A stretch of DNA of 64,000 bases from Aureliella sp. (GTDB lineage Bacteria; Planctomycetota; Planctomycetia; Pirellulales; Pirellulaceae), in the NCBI GenBank assembly GCA_963691875.1, contig OY829846.1, positions 928,001 to 992,000 on the forward strand. Direction: 5' to 3'. A program made the translations under genes and the position numbers. The notes under the pieces were generated by a model. That model searched no databases, was not told the DNA's origin, and saw only the letters and a program-made list of their open reading frames with translations. Shown here piece by piece: positions 9,824-20,800 of the stretch (within the stretch, counting starts at the first letter, position 1; each line of letters starts with the position of its first letter).

Positions 9824-10537
9824 ATGATACGTCATAAAACAACATCTGGATTTGCGCTTGCAGTGATGCTGGTCGCTTCTGCGGGCTGGGTGCAGGCTGG
9901 AGTGATCACAAGTACCAACTCCTCCGAAGGTTTTTTCGATGCGTCTTATAGTTAACGAAGCTTTGTTTTCAACTCCGGCAATTTCGGAGGAGGTTCCTCG
10001 ATAGTTACCGACGTCAACCTCTTAATTTCCTTTGCTAAAAGTAATGACAACTCATTTGTTGATGAGGGAAATCCGATTAACACTGGTAATGGCTATTTAA
10101 ACGAAATCGAATTTACCTTGCTTAGTCCTTTGGGAACAGCATTCACGCTCATCTCTAATGATCGATTAGAAGAGCCCGTTTCAGCCGATTCTTTTGAAAC
10201 CTTCGCCTTGGGCCAATCTGGTTCTTTTAAGGGCACGGTCTTGTTTGATCAGCAGGCGGCAAGCGCCGTAGATGTGAGTTCCAGTTCAATGACTGCAGGA
10301 ACTTTCCGACCAGATGATGACACACTAAACAGTCTCGATATCTTCAACGGAGAATCCGCCCTTGGTACTTGGACCCTCTTAATTGAAGATGATGTAAGTG
10401 CCGATGGCCTAAGCTTCTATGAGGCTTCGCTAACGGTCACCACCCCTGATGCTTCCACCGTCCCCGAACCCACCTCCCTAGCCATATTCGGCATCAGTGC
10501 TCTCGGCCTAGTCTGCCGCCAACGACGACGTTTATAA
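9824..10537 (+). pseudogene. PEP-CTERM protein with a proprotein-convertase P-like domain, interrupted by one in-frame TAA (9953-9955)
   Basis: The signal peptide MIRHKTTSGFALAVMLVASAGWVQAG is in frame with the 10118 ORF. P-domain motif LDIFNGESALGTWTLLIEDD. C-terminal VPEPTSLAIFGISALGLVCRQRRRL. Confidence 0.85.
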
Positions 10538-10580
10538 CAGCGAGTGGCGACGGCTAAAGCCGCGATGCAGACAACTAATC

Positions 10581-10613
10581 AAAACGGGCGATCACCATGA
10601 TCGTCCGTTTTTT
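10581..10613 (+). terminator. Intrinsic terminator (possibly bidirectional)
   Basis: AAAACGGGCGATCA-CCA-TGATCGTCCGTTTTTT. Confidence 0.8.
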
Positions 10614-10639
10614 CCTAAGCACCACATATGAGTCCAATC

Positions 10640-11575
10640 GCGATCGCCGCATTTGCAGGTTGGCAAGACGCGGCGTCGAATTGCCGTGAAGTATTTACTC
10701 AGATCGCTGTATTCGTTTGTGAACGGTTTGCCATAATGCTGGACGAAGAACACCGGCTTGCCTTCTGTCTGTCTCGGACGGCGAGCGGAACTTGCTGCCA
10801 GCGCGTCAACTGTCTCTGGCCATAGCGGACATACTCGGTCGATCTCTGTTTTGACCGAGGACTATCCACGCTCGTCGTGGATCCACCGCCGAAAGCGGAA
10901 GTGTCGCGCAGTCATGCGGCCCGTATCCGCAATTGATTCCCAGCAGGATCATCGCTCGCAGGTGCAATCCCGCCTCGTCAAGCAACTTCCAGATGTCTTC
11001 GGCAGTAAACAGTTTTTTGCCCGATTCGCGTCGATGTCGCCGAACTGCTTTGCGGGGAGGCTCGCGGAACTCGCTGCCGAAGTACACCGGCTCTTTGGTG
11101 ACTCTGTTTTCGTAGCACCATTTGAACGCAGTTTTAACGCGCGTAACTTCGTTGCCCACGCTTATGAAGTTGAGTGTTTTCGCACGATCAGCCTGGAACT
11201 CAGCAAAGATTTGCGGAGACAGTGCATCTACCAAAGTGTCTCGATGCACCATCTTGGCGAATCGACTCCACGTCCGCTGATGCTCCAGATATGTCCGCTG
11301 AGCGATTTTGCCGGCTTCGCACGCTGCTTTCTTTGCGTTGAGAAATGCGTTCAGTGCAGCGCCAACGGTGACGGCTTGCGCTGGTACGGGAATCAGGCGC
11401 TTGGCCATGACGGCATTGTACTGCCTTAGTACCGCTGCTGATCCGTCGGGATCTGCTTCGGTGCCGGTTTCCAAGAGCCGAAATATTCGAGCTTTTGGTT
11501 GTTTTTTTGCCCACGATCCGTTGGAGTGAGCGGAAAGTCGGGGTAAGGCTTCCGGGGTTTGGTCGCTTTGTGCAT
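10640..11575 (-). pseudogene. Tyrosine recombinase/integrase, multiply frameshifted and 3'-truncated
   Basis: GGAGG followed by ATG at 11575. The protein is stitched across frames: MHKATKPRKPYPDFPL / SNGSWAKK / KLEYFGSW / ...LRAMILLGINCGYG / KTEIDRVCPLWPETVDAL. No HxxR or catalytic Tyr region is found. Adjacent to the tRNA 3' end. Confidence 0.85.
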
Positions 11576-11703
11576 TCGGCGCACCTCCAGTGAGGTGTAC
11601 TGCCCACGCATCCCGTGCGGACGACACTATGAAAAGAGTACGACACCTGCTCCGGGTGTCGCGGGTTGGGTGTCGTGATTTCAAAAACCCAACGTATAGT
11701 TAG

Positions 11704-11777
<74 letters not shown>

Positions 11778-12074
11778 GTCGGCTGGCCTGACCAGTGTCG
11801 ACTACAGTTTATCGACTTTCAAGCTGATGAAAACCAGCGTTTCTAGAAAAGAATTGCGGCGAGCTGAAATACTAGTCCGCATCCGTTCCTTTTAAAAGGA
11901 AGTCACTCCTCTCGATCGCTCAACGTCTAACGATACCACTGAAGTATCGTTAGGAAGAAATGAACTCGGCATAGGCATCCCGCCTGTGGTCTCAGCTGTG
12001 CTTTTAAGCACGGGAAGCGGAGGCCTTCACGATTGAGTTGCGCAGACAGGCAGGCTGCCTCTGCCAATGTTTGA

Positions 12075-12548
12075 CTAGGAGGTCGGCACGAGCCAGCTGA
12101 GGTGATGAGCAAAATGGACGAACTGCAGGTGTTCAGCAGTAGCTTTGCTCATCGCTCCGAAAATCGTGGAGGGATGAATCGTGCCACTGTGTCTTTGGAA
12201 GCGCGCGATGTTGCCTCGGAGGCTCTCGAGCGATGTTGAAAGAGCACTCTCGTCAAACTGATATACCGTGTCCGACGCGGTCGGCATTCCGTCTTTCATT
12301 TTCCCCTCGTCAAGAATGCGACGGAGCATTCCTGGCCCCAACCTGTTACGGATGACGCCAAAAATAAATCGCAAGAAAAATGGCGGAGAAGGAAAGCCAT
12401 CCATGGGATAGGTCAACCAGTCGTTGAGGTGTCGAACCGTTTGATCCAAACCCCACTTTCCAACTCGCTCATACCCCGATTCCAGTGCGGTCAGATCGTC
12501 GAGGACTCCAGCCCAGCTTTCGAATTGAAGGTCTCGACGTTCTGACAT
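12075..12548 (-). CDS. DUF1569 (DinB-like) protein
   Basis: RDLQFES...GKWGLDQTVRHL...HPSTIFGAMS...HFAHHLSWL pattern. Confidence 0.8.
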   Translation of the reverse strand: MSERRDLQFESWAGVLDDLTALESGYERVGKWGLDQTVRHLNDWLTYPMDGFPSPPFFLRFIFGVIRNRLGPGMLRRILDEGKMKDGMPTASDTVYQFDESALSTSLESLRGNIARFQRHSGTIHPSTIFGAMSKATAEHLQFVHFAHHLSWLVPTS

Positions 12549-12586
12549 TGCTGCGCTCTGCCTCCGGTAGTGGGATTCTAGCGACG

Positions 12587-13156
12587 TTAGTTGCTGACGC
12601 GTTCGACGTAGTCGCCGGTGCGAGTGTCAACTTTGATGACATTGCCTTCCTTAATGAATCCAGGCACGGTGAATTCGGCCCCATTTTCAACGGTGGCAGG
12701 CTTGGTCACGTTGGTCGCTGTGTCCCCCTTGGCTCCAGGCTCACACTGCGTGACTTCGAGCTCGACGTGGATTGGCGGATCGAATGTGATTGGATTCCCG
12801 TTGAAAAGCACCATCGAACACTTAATGCCGTCTTTCAAGAACTTCCACTTGTCGTCGACTTGATCTTTCGTCAACTCGTACTGGTCGAAAGTCTCGTCGT
12901 TCATAAATACCCAAGTCTCGCCTTGCTGGTACAAGAACTGGACGGAAATGTCTTCCACATCAGCCGCTTCCAGCTCATCGCCACCCTTGTAGGTGCGGTC
13001 GACGACGGTACCGCGGAGCAAGTTTCGGAGCTTGCATTTGTAAAGCGCGTTGCCTTTGCCCGGTTTGACAAAATTCATCTCGATGATTTGGTATGGATCG
13101 CCGTCTATCTGAACTTTCAGTCCTTTTCGAAAGTCGTTGGTCTTGTAGCTGGGCAC
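12587..13156 (-). CDS. efp: Elongation factor P
   Basis: GTG start after GAGGAAAG. NDFRKGLKVQIDG, FVKPGKG loop, KGDTAT, KVDTRTGDYVER. Confidence 0.97.
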   Translation of the reverse strand: MPSYKTNDFRKGLKVQIDGDPYQIIEMNFVKPGKGNALYKCKLRNLLRGTVVDRTYKGGDELEAADVEDISVQFLYQQGETWVFMNDETFDQYELTKDQVDDKWKFLKDGIKCSMVLFNGNPITFDPPIHVELEVTQCEPGAKGDTATNVTKPATVENGAEFTVPGFIKEGNVIKVDTRTGDYVERVSN

Positions 13157-13254
13157 GCTTTCCTCGCTCGTGTTTATCTTGGGAAGTGATCTGACGATGT
13201 GTTCCGTAGCGTCGCTGGGATTGTTATGTTGGATGCCACGCGTGGAAATCACAC

Positions 13255-14295
13255 GTGGCACTTTTCTGGAGTTTGATTTTGGCGACGATTTTACCGGGAA
13301 ATACTTTGCCTGTCGAAGGCAGTTTCGAGCCAGCGGATTGGCGTGCGTCACTGCGAGCCGCATATCGAAGCAGCACGGATCTGTGCGATTTTCTCGGCGT
13401 CGATCCAAAGGTCGCTTGCCCGCAAGCGGAATCCGATTTCCCGATCCTGGCGCCCCGGGAGTTCGTCCAGCGGATGGAGCCTGGGAATCCGCGAGACCCA
13501 TTGCTGTTGCAGGTTGTATCGCAATCTGCGGAGTTAGTAGACTCTGGTGAGCTTGATCCTGTCGGCGAATTACCTGCAGAGCGTCATAAAGGACTGTTGC
13601 AGAAGTACGACCACCGCGTGCTGCTGATTCTGTCCGGCGCGTGTGCGATCCACTGTCGTTACTGTTTCCGCCGCAATTTCCCCTATGACGAGGCAGCTAA
13701 GGGCAGAGCTGAATGGCAAGAATGGCTTGAGCTGCTGCAATCCGATTCCACGATCGAAGAAGTCATCTTCAGCGGAGGAGATCCGCTTTCTGTCGGTGAT
13801 GATCGACTCTCATGGTTTATTCAGCAGGTCTCAGAGATTCCGCATATTCGGCGACTGCGATTTCACACTCGATTGCCGGTGGTGATTCCAAGCCGCGTTA
13901 CGCCGGAGTTTACAAGTTTGCTCGAGTCAGTTGAGCAGGCTGTCTACGTGGTGCTGCACATCAACCATGCTCAGGAACTCGATGAGTCAGTTTGGGCGGC
14001 GATCAGGCGACTGCATCGGGCAGGTACACAAGTGCTGAACCAAGCAGTTCTTCTGCGAGGCATCAACGACAACTTCGAAGCGCTTCGAGAGCTGTGCGTA
14101 CAGCTAGCCGATCGACAAGTCCTGCCCTATTACCTTCACCAGCTCGATCCAGTTCGCGGTGGGGTGCATTTTGGAGTGCCGGACGCCGAAGCACTAGAAC
14201 TAGTCGCTGCACTACGAGCTGACTTGCCTGGTTACGCAGTCCCCAGACTCGTTCGTGAGTTGAGCGGAGAAGCCAGTAAAACTTTGATTCACTAG
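13255..14295 (+). CDS. epmB: EF-P beta-lysylation protein / lysine 2,3-aminomutase-like radical SAM enzyme (start uncertain)
   Basis: CAIHCRYCFRR, SGGDPL, RFHTRLPVVIP, NQAVLLRGIND, PYYLHQLD. Divergent from efp. Confidence 0.92.
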   Translation: MALFWSLILATILPGNTLPVEGSFEPADWRASLRAAYRSSTDLCDFLGVDPKVACPQAESDFPILAPREFVQRMEPGNPRDPLLLQVVSQSAELVDSGELDPVGELPAERHKGLLQKYDHRVLLILSGACAIHCRYCFRRNFPYDEAAKGRAEWQEWLELLQSDSTIEEVIFSGGDPLSVGDDRLSWFIQQVSEIPHIRRLRFHTRLPVVIPSRVTPEFTSLLESVEQAVYVVLHINHAQELDESVWAAIRRLHRAGTQVLNQAVLLRGINDNFEALRELCVQLADRQVLPYYLHQLDPVRGGVHFGVPDAEALELVAALRADLPGYAVPRLVRELSGEASKTLIH

Positions 14296-14320
14296 TTCAA
14301 TGATGTGGCGTGCCAATTAA

Positions 14321-14680
14321 ATGATTAAAGCTGTGATCTTTGACCTCTTTTGCCACACTGGTCTGCCTGACGCGTGATTCGCGGCCCTACTTCAGGCTCT
14401 GCCGGCAAACGCTTAGCAAGCGGAGAATTCGCGACTCGCAGACTATCAAGGCTGAAACTTTGCTCGGTTTTGCCAGTCTCTCGAGATCGATCCAGTTGCT
14501 GACATTTCACAGCTCCAGCGTGACCTCACCGCTGATGTTGTTTCGATCGAGCTGTTTTGTGACTCACTAGAGACACTGCAAGCATTGAAATCAACTGATG
14601 TTCGGATCGTACTCCTCTCCAACCTCGCTTCGCCTAACTGATCTTGCGCGAAGAACTTGGGGTTGAACCTATAAATAGAT
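14321..14680 (+). pseudogene. HAD-superfamily hydrolase, degraded
   Basis: MIKAVIFDLF, then a frameshift to ATLVCLTRDSRPY (HAD motif I), and later ALKSTDVRIVLLSNLASPN* (motif II). Confidence 0.65.
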
Positions 14681-15146
14681 AGCACCAGCATGGCTGTCAG
14701 GATCGGCGAGAATTACGACTTGATGAGAAGACTCAACAATCAACTCGGCAATGAACGTCGCCAGAATTCGAGAGCTACGCCCAGTAAGCGTCTGCGAGAT
14801 AGTAACCAGCAGGATTGCCGATGACTGTCTCTTTTGCGCTGACGCACAGTGGAAGTTGCTGGTGACGGACGCTGATGACTAAGAAAAATCTAAATTGGCC
14901 CAAAAGATCGCTCAGCGGAATTGCTGAATTTATGCGTCAGTATAATCTTCCGGTGCACGGCTAGACATTGGAACTACTGGAGATCTATTTATGCATCCGT
15001 GTGATCGCATGAAGAATGGCGATCCAATCCGAAGCGGCTTGATCCGCCGCTAGTCGAGCCTGCAGCCCAGTGGCCTTGCTCCCGGCGGTTAACTAAAGTG
15101 TCTCGCCCATTGGTTAAGCGGTTGCTTTGGACTCAGTCGCTGGCGG

Positions 15147-15551
15147 TCATGCTTGAATCGGCCAAGGGCCGTTGCGAAGCACAATGCGGTAGCCGTCGGG
15201 ATCTTCGTAAGTCCGCCCGTGAAGATCCCAGAACGGATTGAATGATGTCACAGGCGATGCGCCGAAGCCTTCGATTCTACTGACAGCTTCTTGCCACGAA
15301 GAATAGTTGGCAAAGTAAAACACCAGAAGATTTTCGCGCGTGGGCGCGCGGCCGACTTTGTGACCGTGAGCGTGCGTGAACTCGAAATGGTAAGGTATTT
15401 CCGAATGCCCAAGCATGACGCCATCGAAGCCTTCGTGATCGCGAAATTCGCCAAGCTTCTCGAAGCCGAGTGCTTCTGTATAAAACGCAAAGAGTGCATC
15501 GAGGTCGTCCGTTGGACGCGCTATCCGCAGGTGTTGGGCATCTTTCATCAT
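15147..15551 (-). CDS. VOC/glyoxalase family protein (YycE-like)
   Basis: LRIARPTDDL, FRDHEGFDGVMLG, HFEFT, ENLLVFY, EDPDGYRIVL. Confidence 0.9.
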   Translation of the reverse strand: MMKDAQHLRIARPTDDLDALFAFYTEALGFEKLGEFRDHEGFDGVMLGHSEIPYHFEFTHAHGHKVGRAPTRENLLVFYFANYSSWQEAVSRIEGFGASPVTSFNPFWDLHGRTYEDPDGYRIVLRNGPWPIQA

Positions 15552-15640
15552 TCAGTCCACTCAAGAAAAAAGGCAGCGTCCTGCGACACTGCCTTAAAGT
15601 ATTGTCCACTTAGCCGAGCGAACTCAGTTGCAAAACATGC

Positions 15641-16651
15641 TTAGATCTTCGCGCGAAGCTTGGCACCATTTCCAGCTTGCCCAAAGGCGGTCATACGAGC
15701 TACGCAGACTTCCTGCATGGCAGCGCGAGCTGGCTTCAGGAAGTCACGTGGGTCGAACTTCTCAGGGCTATCGTGCATTACCTTGCGAATAGCACCGGTA
15801 ATTGCCATCCGGCAGTCCGTGTCGACATTGATCTTGCGAACGCCACTCTTAATGCCGCGTTGGATCTCTTCTACTGGAACACCGTAAGTTTGCTTCATCT
15901 CTCCACCGTACTGGTTGATGATGTCTTGCAAATCTTGAGGAACCGACGAGCTACCGTGCATTACCAAGTGGGTGTTTGGCAGCTTGGCGTGAATTTCTTC
16001 GATGCGTGTCATCGCTAGAACGTCACCATCAGGCTTGCGAGTGAACTTGTAGGCACCGTGGCTTGTTCCAATAGCAACAGCCAATGCGTCTACACCAGTC
16101 TTTTCAACGAACTCAGCGGCTTCGTCAGGATCAGTTAGCAGTTGGTCGTGCGAAAGTTTCCCAACCGCTCCGTGTCCGTCTTCTTGATCGCCTTCGCCCG
16201 ACTCGAGTGAACCGAGACAGCCCAGTTCGCCTTCGACGGAAACGCCCTTTTCGTGAGCAAGTTTCACGACTTCGGCAGTTACCTTAACGTTGTAATCGAA
16301 GTCAGCCGGGGTCTTGCCGTCTTCTTCGAGCGAGCCGTCCATCATGACAGATGTAAATCCATGGCTAATCGCGCTCAAGCAAGTCTCAACACTATTGCCG
16401 TGATCTTGGTGCATTACGATCGGCACGTCTTTATAAAGCTCGGCAGCAGCCCGCATCAAGTACTCGAGAAAGAGGTCTTGCGAGTATGCCCGAGCACCAC
16501 GGGAAGCTTGAACGATGACTGGAGAATCCGTCTCAACTGCAGCCTCCATGATCGCTTGGATCTGCTCCATGTTATTGACGTTGAAGGCAGCGACGCCATA
16601 GTCATTCTCTGCTGCGTGATCCAAAACGACGCGAAGGGGTACCAAGGGCAT
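15641..16651 (-). CDS. fba: Class II fructose-bisphosphate aldolase
   Basis: [46 protein letters not shown]. Confidence 0.96.
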   Translation of the reverse strand: MPLVPLRVVLDHAAENDYGVAAFNVNNMEQIQAIMEAAVETDSPVIVQASRGARAYSQDLFLEYLMRAAAELYKDVPIVMHQDHGNSVETCLSAISHGFTSVMMDGSLEEDGKTPADFDYNVKVTAEVVKLAHEKGVSVEGELGCLGSLESGEGDQEDGHGAVGKLSHDQLLTDPDEAAEFVEKTGVDALAVAIGTSHGAYKFTRKPDGDVLAMTRIEEIHAKLPNTHLVMHGSSSVPQDLQDIINQYGGEMKQTYGVPVEEIQRGIKSGVRKINVDTDCRMAITGAIRKVMHDSPEKFDPRDFLKPARAAMQEVCVARMTAFGQAGNGAKLRAKI

Positions 16652-16943
16652 TGTGGGATGACTCCTTTTTGCAGCCAGGATTACTGCAAATTGATCTAGA
16701 AACAGAAAGATTTTCGGCGAGATTATCGTTTCCTCGCGCTAATCCATCAATCCCACTAGCCCGTTTGCTCGTCGAAGGGCTTTTGCATCTTAAGCCTACT
16801 CCCGGCGAGCCCAAAAAGCACTGCGTCGCTCTCTATTGGTAGAATAGGCTCAACCGCCTTAAAGCTCCCTAAGGCTGCGATCAACCACCTAAACACCATG
16901 GAATGTCGGGTCCATCAGAATCCGCTGAGAGATTTAACGTATT

Positions 16944-17840
16944 ATGGCGAAGCACCGTTTCGATCCAAACAAATTCCTGGTCAAGCCTGGCTCCAAGCTG
17001 AGCTTGGTTAAACGCCCCACTGACGCCGGAAAAGATCTTAAGGACAAAGAACAAGGGCTTGAGACGCTTGGCCATGACGTGTCGCAACTTCAAGAACTGC
17101 AACAAGTTCTCTACGCGGCTGGTAGCCACTCACTGCTTATCATCTTTCAAGGCATGGACGCAGCAGGAAAAGATGGAACGATCCGACACGTCATGGGGGC
17201 AGTGAATCCTCAGGGCTGCCGAGTGTATTCCTTCAAGGCCCCAAATGACTTGGAGCTGCAGCATCACTTTCTCGCTCGACCGGTACCATGCTTGCCGGGG
17301 CGAGGCATGATCAGCATCTTCAATCGCTCGTACTACGAAGAAGTTCTGGTAGTACGCGTGCACCCGGAATTCTTGGTGCCGCAGAACCTGCCTAAGATTG
17401 ACGTGAAGAGTAATGCTTCGCTGAACAAGTTGTGGAAGCGTAGATTCAGTGAAATCAACGCCTTCGAAGAATCACTAGCAAACAACGGTACTACCATTCT
17501 CAAATTCTTTTTGCACGTATCGCGCAATGAGCAGAAGGAACGTTTTCTCGAACGATTGACCAATCCCGAGAAGTATTGGAAATTCAACTCGCGTGACTTG
17601 GCGGAACGCGCGATGTGGCCCAAGTACGTCAAAGCTTTTGAGTCGGCCTTGACTGAAACGAGTACAAAGAACGCGCCTTGGTTTGTGATTCCGGCTGACA
17701 ACAAATGGTATATGCGTGCCGCCATCGCAGATATCATTGCAACCAAGCTGAAGTCGTTGAAATTAAATTATCCGACAGTGGGCGCTGATGAATCAAGTGA
17801 CTTTGAAAAGCTAGCGGAACAATTGCGAAAAGAGAAATGA
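16944..17840 (+). CDS. ppk2: Polyphosphate kinase 2 family (class III-like)
   Basis: FQGMDAAGKDGTI, FNRSYYEEVLVVRVH, KFFLHVS, APWFVIPADNKW. Confidence 0.92.
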   Translation: MAKHRFDPNKFLVKPGSKLSLVKRPTDAGKDLKDKEQGLETLGHDVSQLQELQQVLYAAGSHSLLIIFQGMDAAGKDGTIRHVMGAVNPQGCRVYSFKAPNDLELQHHFLARPVPCLPGRGMISIFNRSYYEEVLVVRVHPEFLVPQNLPKIDVKSNASLNKLWKRRFSEINAFEESLANNGTTILKFFLHVSRNEQKERFLERLTNPEKYWKFNSRDLAERAMWPKYVKAFESALTETSTKNAPWFVIPADNKWYMRAAIADIIATKLKSLKLNYPTVGADESSDFEKLAEQLRKEK

Positions 17841-20800
17841 GAACTAGCAAAATGAGAACCCCGTTGATCCGAATCGCATTGTCCACTCTTCTTGCAGCCG
17901 GGTGTGTTGGAATCGGCTTTGCGCAAGATGACGCAAATGACACTTTTCCTGAGCTGTACAACAGCGAGAAGGAAGCTGGAGAGCCTTCGGATGCTCTAGC
18001 AGCCATCGCGAAGATGAAATTGCCAGAGGGGTTCAATGCCACCGTTTTTGCTGCAGAACCTGAAGTGATGAATCCAATTGCAGCCGCCACCGATGCATTA
18101 GGAAGAGTTTGGGTCGCCGAGAATTTCACTTACGCTGAGCGCGGTGTTCGCTTTGACATGAAGCTCAACGATCGAGTGATTGTGCTCGAGGATAGCGATG
18201 GCGATGGTGTCAGTGATCGGAGAACCGTTTTCGCCGACAACTTGAAGATCTTGACGGGCATAACTGTTGGGCGAGGTGGCGTCTGGCTTATGGCTCCTCC
18301 TCAGCTGTTGTTCATCCCAGATTCGGACGGTGACCTGATCCCCGACGGCCCGGCGCAAGTGAAGTTAGACGGCTTCCGAACTGGCCTGGAGAACTATCAT
18401 AATTTTGCCAATGGGCTGAGTTTTGGACCAGATGGCTGGCTGTATGGTCGCTGCGGTGCGTCAGGTCCAGGCGAAATGGGTTTACCCGGATCAACAGTTG
18501 AGCAACGCATTCCAATCCGCGGCGGAATGTGGCGTTATCATCCTGAGCGAAGAGTCGTCGAGGCACTGGTACAGGGAACTACGAATCCGTGGGGAAATGA
18601 TTGGAACGAGTACGGCGACTTGTTCTTCATCAACACGGTCAATGGGCATTTCTGGCAATGCATTCCAGGGGCTCACTTTGTTCGACCACACACCTTGGAT
18701 CAGAATCCGCATAGCTACGAACTGATCGACATGCACGCCGATCACTGGCACTTTGACACGGGCAAGAGTTGGACTGCCTCACGAAACGGAGCCGCCAATG
18801 ACTTTGGAGGTGGTCATGCTCACATCGGTATGATGATTTACCAAGAAAACGTTTGGCCAAAGGAATATCGCGGCAAGGTTATGACGGTCAACATGCATGG
18901 CAGACGCGTCAACGTGGAGTCGCTCAAACGACACGGCTCGGGCTACGTTGCCAGTCACGAGCCAGACATTCTCCTGTCTGACGATGAATGGTTCCGCGGC
19001 ATGGAGTTACTACCGCTCCCAGATGGCAACGTGTTACTAGTTGATTGGAGCGACATTGGCGAGTGTCACGAACACAGCGGGGTGCACCGAACCAGCGGGC
19101 GGCTTTACAAAATCTCATGCAAAGCTGGTGGAAAGAACTTCAATCCTTTGGCGAGTGACGAGATTCGGGGCGATGCACTTGCCTTGGTGACTCTGCAGCG
19201 AAACGCATCAGAGTGGTCTGCGCGACGCGCTCGAGATCTCCTGGGTGAATTAAGTCGCGACGCTCACCCGAAAGCGACGCCCCTGAATGACGCAGAATCG
19301 GCAGCGAGAGAGATATTGAAATCGTCCACGCTCGCAATTGCGAAGCGTCTCCGAGGCCTCTGGTCGTTGATTGCGATGGATCGTTCTACTCCAGCAACGA
19401 TCGACTACCTAAGAACTCACGAAGAAGAAAACATGCGAGCTTGGGGAGTTCGGCTAACAGTAGACGGCATGTACTTGGACACGGCCTATGGCAATCGGCC
19501 TACGAATCCAGGGAAACCTATCGATTCAGCGGACTATCAGTCCTTGGTCCAGATGGCACAGAACGACACTTCTTCGAAAGTACGGCTTGAGCTGGCAAGT
19601 GCGTTGCAAAGGCTGCCTTTGGAGCAACGCCGCGAGCTAGCGGAAGGTCTTGTGTCTCACAAAGTCGACGTGCAGGATCACAACCTACCGCTGATGGTCT
19701 GGTACGGTCTGATTCCGCTTGGAGAGAACCATCAGTCAGACCTGCTAAGTGTTTTTGAACAATGTAATTGGCCCAAGACACGGCAATTGATCGCGCGTCG
19801 TATCGCAGATGGCATGAAGAAAAACCGTTCCGCTTTTGAGCAGCTCTATGAAATTGCAGATTCCAAGTCGGCCATCGTCAAGCGCGATGTGGTGCTCGGA
19901 ACGGCAAGAGCACTGGCTGGCTGGGTGCGCGAGCTGGGGCCTGAAAGGTGGACCGACGTTTCGGAGTCTCTCAAGGCAAAAGCCGGGCAGGACAAGGAGC
20001 TTGCGACAGCATTGCAATATCTCAATGTTCTGTTTGGGGACGGCCAAACGATGGACAAACTGAAAGAAATCGCAGCAGACGAAAAAGCGAGCATAGAGCT
20101 ACGTAAATCCGCGTTGCAATCGTTGGTCGATGCGAAAGCGTTTGGAACAGAAGACTTATGCGAAAAACTGCTCAATAAGCGGTTCTTGAATCTCGTCGCA
20201 GCAAAGGGCTTGGCGAACAGCGAAAGAGCGGACATCAGCGGGATGATTCTCAAGAACTACCGGAGATTTCATCCATCGGAACGTTCCCAAGTGATTTCAC
20301 TTCTGGCCTCGCGAGCATCTTGGGCTGAGAACCTCCTGAATGCAATCCAGAGAAATCAGATACTTCGGGAAGAGCTATCGCCTTATCAAGCAAGGCAGAT
20401 TGCCAGCCACGAAAAACCTCGACTCAACGAATTACTGGCCGACACTTGGGGCCGCGTCCGCGCGAGTCCTGCCGAGAAGGAAGAACTCAAAGCAAAGCTG
20501 AGAGAGCAACTCACTGAAGGTGCTCTTTCCGCAGCCAATAGATCGGCCGGTCGCGCGCTCTTCAACACATCCTGTGCAAAATGTCACACTCTGTTCGGAA
20601 CTGGAGGGAAGCTTGGCCCTGATCTTACTGGGGCTCAACGCAGTAATCTTGATTACCTACTCGACAACATAGTGGACCCGAGCGCAGTGGTCACAAAAGA
20701 GTTTCGCGCGACACTTGTTCGCACAGAAGATGATCGTGTCATCACCGGTCTTGTAACTGAGAAGAACGAGAACGTGGTGACAATCGCGACTCAAGACGAA

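Noticed and set aside
10758..11429. 223-aa plus-strand ORF
   Set aside because: It is antisense to the integrase pseudogene and has no recognisable motifs.
12485..13550. ORFs 12485-13189(+), 13170-13550(+) and the 115-aa N-terminal extension of efp
   Set aside because: These are antisense or overlap shadows of efp and epmB. efp has a good RBS and GTG at 13156.
15641..16651. Calvin-cycle (cbbA-like) aldolase as evidence for autotrophy
   Set aside because: This subtype is common in heterotrophs, and no RuBisCO or phosphoribulokinase is in the window.
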